NCBI GenBank assembly: GCA_046759445.1
Contig: JBHICG010000057.1
Location: 1-23,356 of the forward strand
Reading direction: 5' to 3'
Length of the DNA stretch: 23,356 nucleotides
Source: Candidatus Scalinduaceae bacterium
GTDB lineage: Bacteria > Planctomycetota > Brocadiia > Brocadiales > Scalinduaceae
Positions within the stretch are counted from its first letter, which is position 1. Each line of letters opens with the position of its first letter. Below the pieces are notes generated by a model. It was not told the DNA's origin and did no database searches. It worked only from the letters and a program-made list of their open reading frames with translations. Of this stretch, positions 8,390 through 15,971 are shown in pieces. A program made the translations under genes and the position numbers.

Positions 8390-9739
8390 ATGAGAGCAAT
8401 TCGAGACGCCCAGTTGAGGCTTGAATTCTACAAAAGTGAGAGTGGATTGTCAAAGAAATTGGAAAAAGTATCAGGAATATTGGATAAGGATATAAGTTTT
8501 TTAGAAAAGATAGCACAAGACTTCAAGACAAAAAAAGAGACTAAAGCAGGGGCCAAGGGAATGACGGTGGAACAAGCAGTAAGGGTAGCGATAATAAAAC
8601 AGATGTATCAATTGGGCTATAAAAGGTTATACAATGAATTGAATGATAATCTGAGTTATAGGAGTTTTATCAAGATACATGAAGAAAAAGTGCCAAAGAA
8701 GATGACACTGAATGATAATATAAAGAAGATATCTCCAGGAGGATGGGAAGAGATAAATAAGGTAATAGTAAAGACCGCAATAGAGCTGGGGATAGAAAAA
8801 GGTAAAAGAGTGCGAATGGATTCAACGGGAGTAGAGAGCAATATACATTATCCAACAGATGGTGAGTTGTTGTGGGATTGTGTGAGGGTGTTGGATCGGA
8901 TAATAGAAGTGGTAAAGGAGGAATATCCGGATATTGAGATTGAGTATCACAATCACACTACGAGAGCGAAGCGGCGACGATTCAAGATAGTCAACACGAG
9001 TAGTAAGGAGAAGCGGAAGGAGGCATATAAAGATTTATTGAAGGTATCAAGAGCGACAGCAGAATACAGTGAGTCCTGTATAGAACAGTTGGAGAAAAAG
9101 GTAAGGCAGGGAGAGATAGAGGCTGGTGTGTATAAAGAGAATGTATCCGGGTACTTGGAATCATTGAAGACCATAATAAATCAGACGGAACGCAGGGTAT
9201 TAAATGATGAGAAAGTGGAATCGAAGGACAAGTTGGTATCAATATTTGAGACTCATACGGACATATTGGCTAAGGGTAAAAGAGAGACAATATTCGGGCA
9301 TAAGATATTACTTAGTGGCGGCGAGAGTAACCTGATATTAGATTGTATGATAGAGAGGGGTAATTGGAGTGATGCAAATAATTTTGCAGAAGGGATAGAC
9401 AGGCTTAAAGAAAAGTATGGATATTTGCCCGAAGAAATAACAACAGACGGTGGATTTGCAAGTAAGGAAAATTATGATTATGCAGTAGGTGAAGGAATAA
9501 AGAAGGTCTTATTTACCAAGAACATTTCATCTAAGATGGTAGAGCTTGTAAAGACTAGTCGTGCATATAAGAAGTTGAAAAAGTTTCGAGCTGGAATTGA
9601 GGGATGTATATCTGCAGGAAAGAGAGCATATGGCTTGAGCAGATGTACATGGAAGGGATGGCGAAGTTTTCAAAGTTATGTTTGGTTGAGTGTAATAGCA
9701 TTTAATTTGAACATCCTGGCTGAAGCCTTGCTAAAATAA
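8390..9739 (+). CDS. DDE transposase (ISNCY / IS5-like)
   Basis: RMDSTGVESNIHYPTD, TTDGGFAS and FRAGIEGCIS..KR motifs supply the D-D-E residues; uninterrupted 449-aa ORF inside the IRs. Confidence 0.92.
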   Translation: MRAIRDAQLRLEFYKSESGLSKKLEKVSGILDKDISFLEKIAQDFKTKKETKAGAKGMTVEQAVRVAIIKQMYQLGYKRLYNELNDNLSYRSFIKIHEEKVPKKMTLNDNIKKISPGGWEEINKVIVKTAIELGIEKGKRVRMDSTGVESNIHYPTDGELLWDCVRVLDRIIEVVKEEYPDIEIEYHNHTTRAKRRRFKIVNTSSKEKRKEAYKDLLKVSRATAEYSESCIEQLEKKVRQGEIEAGVYKENVSGYLESLKTIINQTERRVLNDEKVESKDKLVSIFETHTDILAKGKRETIFGHKILLSGGESNLILDCMIERGNWSDANNFAEGIDRLKEKYGYLPEEITTDGGFASKENYDYAVGEGIKKVLFTKNISSKMVELVKTSRAYKKLKKFRAGIEGCISAGKRAYGLSRCTWKGWRSFQSYVWLSVIAFNLNILAEALLK

Positions 9740-10012
9740 ATAATATTATAAGAAGGACTTAAATCAGTCAAAGAGAATACAACAATAGTCGGAGTATGTC
9801 CAAATTTAGTTAATAAGATAAATTTTAAAGAAAATTATTAAACTTTCAGTAAAAGACGATTAATTTTAAGCAGAAAGATTTGATCGTCGGTCTGGGGGCA
9901 GCTTTTATACCTCTATTTCCGTACGGAAACTAAATACAATAATATTTAAATTATTACATATATACTTTTATACATCTTATTTACGAATCAAAACAAACAT
10001 AAATCTTTAAAT

Positions 10013-11338
10013 ATGAAATTAATAAATAGTAATGAAAAAGGCATAGTCTTTGTTGCCACTCTCGTGTTAATAGCTGTTTTGTCAATAATGGGAACAGTGG
10101 CCGTAATTACAACCAATACTGACGTACAAATAAGCAGCAACTATAAGACTAGTGCACGGTCTTTTTATGCTACAGAAGCAGGGATAGAAGAGGCAAGGGC
10201 ACGGCTTAGAGGTCAACCTACTGGCTCCAATGCCAATGTGGATTATGCAGGGGATACTGGTGCTATTGATGACTGGTGGAGTGCTTATATCTTGACATCA
10301 TCATCATGGAATACATCTGATGATCCTAATTATAGCGCTTCCTATTTAAATTATTATCCTACAACCGGCAATCCCACTAATGCTACCTTAGGAACCAATA
10401 CAATACAAACAACCCCGGATATCTCATATTGGGTTAAGATTAGGCACAAAAGGGAATATGATGCCGAACAAGCCGGCCATAGTATAGTAACTCCTCACTA
10501 CTATGATAATGACGGAAGCACAGCAACGCATACGGCTGCATCCCCCGGCAACGTTATCTACTGGGGTTTTGGAGACCCTGCTCTACCTGCAACTCCAGTA
10601 CAGTTTTCAACGTCAGCGGCAACAACACACAAGCCTGTGGATATAATCACTGCATATGGGAGTAGCGTTGGTAGTTCAAAGACAGTTGAGGAAGAAGTAG
10701 TGAGTAACCCTGGCCCACCCGTAATCAGCACTATATATTCAAGGAATGATATAAACATCAATGGCGCCGCTGGAGTTTATGACGGAAATGATAATTGCGT
10801 GCCCCCCCAGCCAAGCCTTCCACCGATTTACACATTACAGCCCTCTACTACAACCTTTAACGGCGCGCCTACTGTTACTCCAGATCCACCCGGAGACGTC
10901 GTAGGCCCGATTGACATTGCTCTTCAAGATTACGTAGACATGTTAAGAAATGGCGCAACGGTAATAACACTTGGAAATGGCGCTGATATTACATACTGGG
11001 GAAGTGCAACTGATTACCAGGTCTTTTATTCCGAAACATCCGGCTTCGGTGGTGGAAAATTATCCCTATCAGGTATAACTGGTTTTGGAGTCTTGCTGGT
11101 AGAAGGTGATTTAGATCTTAATGCCGGATTTAGTTGGAGCGGACTCATCGTAGTTACAGGTGCGTGTAACGCAAGTGGAGGAGGGGGGCCAAATACCGTA
11201 AATGTCAAAGGCGCCCTTCTTGCTAACCCATTTAACGCGGCAAACGGACATGTCAAAATAAGATATTACAGTTGTGAGATCGAAAATGCTTTGTTCACCC
11301 GACCCGCGATCCCGATCAGTTGGAAAGAGATCAACTGA
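10013..11338 (+). CDS. pilX: PilX-like minor pilin 3 with a third type of C-terminal domain
   Basis: EKG|IVFVAT and SFYATEAGIEEARARL; C-terminal GFGVLLVEGDL..FSWSGLIVVTG; ends SWKEIN. Confidence 0.85.
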   Translation: MKLINSNEKGIVFVATLVLIAVLSIMGTVAVITTNTDVQISSNYKTSARSFYATEAGIEEARARLRGQPTGSNANVDYAGDTGAIDDWWSAYILTSSSWNTSDDPNYSASYLNYYPTTGNPTNATLGTNTIQTTPDISYWVKIRHKREYDAEQAGHSIVTPHYYDNDGSTATHTAASPGNVIYWGFGDPALPATPVQFSTSAATTHKPVDIITAYGSSVGSSKTVEEEVVSNPGPPVISTIYSRNDININGAAGVYDGNDNCVPPQPSLPPIYTLQPSTTTFNGAPTVTPDPPGDVVGPIDIALQDYVDMLRNGATVITLGNGADITYWGSATDYQVFYSETSGFGGGKLSLSGITGFGVLLVEGDLDLNAGFSWSGLIVVTGACNASGGGGPNTVNVKGALLANPFNAANGHVKIRYYSCEIENALFTRPAIPISWKEIN

Positions 11339-11488
11339 AAATGTGGATGTACTTTTTATTAAGGAATAAATGCAACAACTATAACAAAACAGTAGAAAAA
11401 CAGAACGGGACTTATAAAAGTTTAGCTGTGCTATTTAGTCTCTTATTTGATAACTAACATATTTATATCTCTGATATAATTTTATATT

Positions 11489-11695
11489 TTATTTTACATC
11501 AACGTCCTTATCATCAACTTTTTTTATCTCCTTTTCAACTTCGTCAACCTCATCCTTAACCCCCTTGAGACCTTTTTTAAATTCTACAATCCCTTTTCCA
11601 ATAGACCTCATAGTGCCAGGTAGTTTCTTACTAAAAAACAACAATACTATAATCAATATAATAATCCACTCCCATCCACCAGGAATACCAAACAT
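11489..11695 (-). CDS. tatA: Twin-arginine translocase TatA/TatE subunit
   Basis: N-terminal TM helix (GGWEWIIILIIVLLFF), KKLP, amphipathic helix RSIGKGIVEFKKG, charged tail; GGAGG RBS upstream. Confidence 0.88.
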   Translation of the reverse strand: MFGIPGGWEWIIILIIVLLFFSKKLPGTMRSIGKGIVEFKKGLKGVKDEVDEVEKEIKKVDDKDVDVK

Positions 11696-11745
11696 TTTAA
11701 GTTACCTCCATTATGTAAAAAAAATCTGCTACACATTATTAAACT

Positions 11746-11937
11746 CAGCATTGTCCGGTTAGGTTTTTGCGTGTTTAATTTATTTTCCCAAAGCTGTCAT
11801 TCCCCCCACAGCTTGCTCGCTGCGTTTCGCAAGCTAGCAGTGGGGGGAATCTGAGATGAATGAACCTCTAGATACCCGACAAAAGCGTTCGGGTATGACA
11901 AAACCCGCGCATGCAAAAACCTAACCGGACAATGCTG
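11746..11937. mobile_element. MITE-B, 192 bp, with internal palindromes
   Basis: Perfect 25-bp terminal IR CAGCATTGTCCGGTTAGGTTTTTGC (11746-11770 / 11913-11937); flanked by TATTAAACT and TATTAACCT (8/9 match, likely target duplication). Confidence 0.85.
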
Positions 11938-11941
11938 TATT

Positions 11942-11970
11942 AACCTAATCTATTTATTCTTTTGTGTCAA
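11942..11970 (-). promoter_or_regulatory. putative sigma-70 promoter for tatA
   Basis: Minus strand TTGACA (11970-11965), 17 bp, TAGGTT (11947-11942). Confidence 0.45.
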
Positions 11971-11982
11971 ACTATTTTCTTA

Positions 11983-12143
11983 AACCTAAATTGAGCGATT
12001 TTGTAGCCGCAACCTTGAGGTTGCGTGACTTACTTGGATCCATCAAATGATGAGAAACGCAGGCTTATCCCGTTGCTAATATCTACGGGACTTAAGCACA
12101 GCGGCTACAATGTCATATAATATAAAATCACTCAATTTAGGTT
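11983..12143 (+). mobile_element. MITE-A copy 2 (complete, 161 bp)
   Basis: 20-bp terminal IR AACCTAAATTGAG(C/T)GATTTT, 19/20; encloses inverted TTGTAGCCGC / GCGGCTACAA (12001-12010, 12101-12110) and hairpin CGCAACCT-TG-AGGTTGCG; second copy at 52-194. Confidence 0.85.
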
Positions 12144-12341
12144 AAAGGCAGTTATTTGATGAATGTTTAAGAAGGAGTCAAAAGAAATGCAGAAAACCCT
12201 TAATATTAAACAGTGATATTTTGAATATGGTTGCTTTTTTATGAAACAGCGGGATGGTATTATTCTAGCAATTTGCATTTTAAATACAATTCTATCAATT
12301 TAACAATATGTTATGAGAGGTTTAAGTTCAGCAGAGTATAT

Positions 12342-12357
12342 TGGCATTATGCTTGCT
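12342..12357 (+). promoter_or_regulatory. sigma-54 -24/-12 promoter motif
   Basis: TGGCATTATGCTTGCT with exact GG-N10-GC spacing, about 70 bp upstream of the NHL gene. Confidence 0.65.
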
Positions 12358-12426
12358 AATATTTTATATATCATATAGTTACACTATTTAAATAAAAGTA
12401 TATATTTTAGGAAGATATAAATTAAA

Positions 12427-13950
12427 GTGAAAAAAACAATTAAAGCAAAATTTTATCGGTTATGGGCATTGATGGGAGTTATCTTTTTTCTTGGGATTGC
12501 AGGGCAAGTTAATGCTCAGGTAGAATTCTTGTACAAGTTTGGCACTTTTGGCACTGGAGTCGGGCAATTACAATTTCCGGCAGGAGTAACCATAGACAGC
12601 TCAGGTAACATCATCGTTGCTGATACCTGGAATCACCGAGTCCAGGTATTCGATTCATCAGGCACTCACCTTAACACTTTTGGTATTAATGGAACTGGAA
12701 ATGGACAATTTATTTGGCCATTGGGAATAACAGTAAATAGTTCTGGAAATATCATAGTTGCTGACACATGGAATGACCGAGTCCAGGTATTTGATTCCTC
12801 AGGCACTCACCTTAATACTTTTGGATCTAATGGTTTTGGAAATGGAGAATTAATATTGCCATCGGCAGTAGCAGTAGACAGTTTAGACGAAATCATAGTT
12901 GTAGATTCAGGAAACGGCCGCATCCAGGTGTTCGATTCAGGAGGGGAATTCCTCCGCGAATTTGGCTCTTTTGGTACTGGAAATGGACAATTTGTTTATC
13001 CATATGGCGTGTCAGTAGACGGTTCGGATAATATTATCGTTACTGATTGGGACGGTCACCAAGTACTGGTATTTGATTCATCAGGAACTCTCCTTAACAC
13101 TTTTGGTGCTAATGGTACTGGAGATGGGCAGTTTCAAAATCCTGCGGGTGTTGAAGTAGATGGCTCAGGTAATATCATCGTTGCTGATTATGACAATCAC
13201 CGCATTCAGGTATTTGATTCAGAAGGTAACTTCCATAGCAAATTTGGCTCTTTTGGTAATGGAGATGGTGAATTTAATAATCCATGTGATGTAGCAGTAG
13301 ATGGCTCAGGTAATATCATAGTTGCCGATTTCTTAAATAGTCGCATCCAGTTATTCGGAATAATAAGTACTGCACCCATGGCCATTGCAAGCGTTGATAA
13401 GTCGGTTGTTGATGTGGGTGACACGGTTTTCCTGGATGGAAGTAATAGCTCTGATCCTGATGGCGATCCGTTAGTATTCAACTGGACTTTTACGTCTATA
13501 CCCTCCGGCAGTACTGCCGTTCTGGACGATCCAACTTCTGTATTTCCCACTTTTACGGCCGATGTTGCAGGGAATTATGTCGTCTGCCTTTCAGTCAATG
13601 ACGGTACAGTAAATAGTGCTCCTGATGAAATAACTATTACTGCTGAAGCACAGATAGCCGATCCAATCTTAATGGTTCAAGCTTGTATAGACGAAATCAA
13701 CGGTTTAGCTCCAAGATTATTTAATGACCCGAACAACAAAAAGGCATTGATTAATAAGTTAAATGCAGTAATCCATAAACTCAAAAATGGTGAATATAAG
13801 GGCGCCTCGAAAAAGCTTGAAAATGATATATTAAAGAAGACGGACGGCTGTACTTTAAATGGAAAACCAGATAAAAACGATTGGATAAAGGATTGTGCTT
13901 CACAAGATACTATTTATCCATTGCTACTGGATGTAATTAAACTTTTGTGA
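12427..13950 (+). CDS. Secreted NHL-repeat 6-bladed beta-propeller with PKD/Ig-like and helical C-terminal domains
   Basis: Signal peptide (..QVNA|QV); six 47-aa repeats G.G.GQF..P.GV.VD.SGNIIVAD..N.RIQVFD; LDGSNSSDPDGDPLVFNW..LSVNDG PKD-like motif. Confidence 0.88.
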   Translation: MKKTIKAKFYRLWALMGVIFFLGIAGQVNAQVEFLYKFGTFGTGVGQLQFPAGVTIDSSGNIIVADTWNHRVQVFDSSGTHLNTFGINGTGNGQFIWPLGITVNSSGNIIVADTWNDRVQVFDSSGTHLNTFGSNGFGNGELILPSAVAVDSLDEIIVVDSGNGRIQVFDSGGEFLREFGSFGTGNGQFVYPYGVSVDGSDNIIVTDWDGHQVLVFDSSGTLLNTFGANGTGDGQFQNPAGVEVDGSGNIIVADYDNHRIQVFDSEGNFHSKFGSFGNGDGEFNNPCDVAVDGSGNIIVADFLNSRIQLFGIISTAPMAIASVDKSVVDVGDTVFLDGSNSSDPDGDPLVFNWTFTSIPSGSTAVLDDPTSVFPTFTADVAGNYVVCLSVNDGTVNSAPDEITITAEAQIADPILMVQACIDEINGLAPRLFNDPNNKKALINKLNAVIHKLKNGEYKGASKKLENDILKKTDGCTLNGKPDKNDWIKDCASQDTIYPLLLDVIKLL

Positions 13951-14045
13951 CAACTCGTTTAGACAACTAGCGAAAGAGGGAATGGATATGTGGAAGTGTT
14001 TAATGATTTTTGGGTTTTAAAATTATGTTACAAAGTATGTGAATT

Positions 14046-15020
14046 CTATCTTTCTCGATCAACCACGTAATCCCCTAATTCTAATAGCGCCGTTTTATAA
14101 ATTGTATCTGGAATGAAGGATATTTCATCCTGTGCTTCTTTTACCAATCGTCTTGCACTATCGTAAGCATAGTCCATAGCTTCATGTTCTGAAAGCAGGT
14201 CAATAATTGCAGACTTGGTTTCTTTCGTGTCATTCTGCTGAAAGATAAGTTCACATGCGCTTTCTTTTCGGCTTGTTGGCAATCTGTTTACCAATCTAAT
14301 TAAGGGAAGTGTGAGCTTTCCATTTTGAATGTCTGTATTTAGCGATTTTCCAATCTCTTCTTCAACTCCCACAACGTCCAGGCAATCGTCTATTATCTGA
14401 AATGCAGTTCCCAATTTCATACCATAGTTTGTGAACGCCTCTGACACTTTTTTATTTGCACCCGAAAAGATAGCGCCCAATTTTGAACTTGTAGCACAAA
14501 GAGAGGCTGTCTTACGTTCAATAATGCTTAAATACTCTGATTCTGTAAGGTTTGGATCATAACGCCTCATAAGCTGAACTATTTCACCTTCGCACATTAC
14601 GCTTACGGTTTGAGACATTATTAAAGATGCTATCTGAGAGTCGAGAGAAGATAGTATAGTAAAACCTCTTGAAAAAAGATAATCGCCAAATAAAATAGAT
14701 ATTTCTCTGCCCCATTTTGCATTTATTGTTTTCACATGCCTCCTAACCACTGCTTCATCAATAATATCATCATGAACGAGCGTTGCTGTATGTACCAGCT
14801 CTATAACTATTGCCAAATCAATATGTTGTGGTACAAGGTTGCCTGAACATTTACCTGAAAGTAACAATAACGCAGGACGAAATCTCTTACCCTTAATCTT
14901 GCTGATGTGAAATATCAAATCTGCAATATGTTCGTCCCCTGATGCTATATCCTTGTAAAGACGTTCTTCTAGCATTTGTACCTGCTCTCGAATCGGTTCT
15001 AATATGGTTTCCATACTCAT
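14046..15020 (-). CDS. Polyprenyl diphosphate synthase (IspB/HepT-like)
   Basis: GKRFRP, HDDIID and IDDCLD aspartate-rich motifs, KTASL, GKLTLP. Confidence 0.92.
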   Translation of the reverse strand: MSMETILEPIREQVQMLEERLYKDIASGDEHIADLIFHISKIKGKRFRPALLLLSGKCSGNLVPQHIDLAIVIELVHTATLVHDDIIDEAVVRRHVKTINAKWGREISILFGDYLFSRGFTILSSLDSQIASLIMSQTVSVMCEGEIVQLMRRYDPNLTESEYLSIIERKTASLCATSSKLGAIFSGANKKVSEAFTNYGMKLGTAFQIIDDCLDVVGVEEEIGKSLNTDIQNGKLTLPLIRLVNRLPTSRKESACELIFQQNDTKETKSAIIDLLSEHEAMDYAYDSARRLVKEAQDEISFIPDTIYKTALLELGDYVVDRER

Positions 15021-15076
15021 CTATTATAGTGTCTTCTAAGATTTTCTTGACTATAAAGGTATTTTTTTGGCGAGGT

Positions 15077-15105
15077 ATATTATCAAGTACCTAAAAAAAA
15101 GTCAA
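15077..15105 (-). promoter_or_regulatory. putative sigma-70 promoter for the polyprenyl synthase
   Basis: Minus strand TTGACT (15105-15100), 17 bp, TAATAT (15082-15077). Confidence 0.4.
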
Positions 15106-15122
15106 TTATGTTTTGTTACCAG

Positions 15123-15833
15123 TTATTCTGTAATATCTTTCCTCATTATCCTTGATATATTTACGTCTCTCCGAAAGTGTTCAACTATATCACCGAAAGT
15201 ACAATTTCCAACATTCACATCTTCTTTGAATGGAATTGTCCCAAGAACGGGAACGGAAGAGAATTTTCTTATTTCTTCAACAAATTCTTTTCCATCCCTC
15301 AACATATTTATAATTATTCCCTTTACACGAATATTTCTGTTTTTGGCACACTCTACCGTTAAAAGTGTATGATTTATGGACCCGAGACTGTGTTTACTTG
15401 CCACTACAATAGCAAGATCCATCTTCAAGATCATGTCAGCGACAAGATGATTGTCATCAACGGGAACCATAAGACCTCCAATGCCTTCAACAACGACAAA
15501 CTCATGTTTGCTTCTAAGTTGCTTAAATGCGTCCCATACTTTGTCAAGATCTAAAGTGATGCCAGTCTCAGTAGCAGCCAATGTAGGCGCTGATGCAGGA
15601 CTCAAACGTATTGGATTTACCAGATCATCATCATCTGTACAACCAATTATTTTTTTCAAATACATGGCATCTTCAGAGACAAGCTTACGACCAATTACCT
15701 TGGCGCCCGTAGATACGGGCTTCATAACTCCCACATCAAGACCCTGCTCCTTTATGGCGGCGGCGATTGCCCCTGCAACAACAGTCTTGCCAACACCTGT
15801 ATCGCTTCCCGTTACAAATATACCTTTTTCCAT
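15123..15833 (-). CDS. bioD: Dethiobiotin synthetase
   Basis: FVTGSDTGVGKT P-loop, MKPV, VVEGIGG, LGSINHTLLT; follows bioA. Confidence 0.95.
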   Translation of the reverse strand: MEKGIFVTGSDTGVGKTVVAGAIAAAIKEQGLDVGVMKPVSTGAKVIGRKLVSEDAMYLKKIIGCTDDDDLVNPIRLSPASAPTLAATETGITLDLDKVWDAFKQLRSKHEFVVVEGIGGLMVPVDDNHLVADMILKMDLAIVVASKHSLGSINHTLLTVECAKNRNIRVKGIIINMLRDGKEFVEEIRKFSSVPVLGTIPFKEDVNVGNCTFGDIVEHFRRDVNISRIMRKDITE

Positions 15834-15868
15834 AAGTTAGGCTGCCTAAAGGCAGCAACTCTTAAAGA

Positions 15869-15940
15869 GAATATCGAATAATGAACACCGAATAATGAAT
15901 TCTAAATTCGATATTCGACGTTCAATATTCATTATTCGAT
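15869..15940. repeat. Heptamer tandem repeats arranged as an inverted pair
   Basis: GAATATC GAATAAT GAACACC GAATAAT GAATTCT then ATTCGAT ATTCGAC GTTCAAT ATTCATT ATTCGAT. Confidence 0.8.
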
Positions 15941-15971
15941 TATTATTGAAATTCCTAGACATTAAATTAGC

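Larger units (their letters stand above)
8225..9930 (+). mobile_element. Complete insertion sequence, 1706 bp (ISNCY / IS5-like DDE)
   Basis: Terminal IRs GTGTCTGTACGGAAATAGA (8225-8243) and TCTATTTCCGTACGGAAAC (9912-9930), 17/19 complementary; direct repeat TAAATA at 8219-8224 and 9931-9936; single transposase ORF. Confidence 0.92.

Noticed and set aside
2203..11338. Shufflon or diversity-generating retroelement acting on pilX
   Set aside because: No site-specific recombinase or reverse transcriptase, no inverted partial cassettes and no adenine-specific template/variable pair were seen; all three genes are complete and co-oriented.
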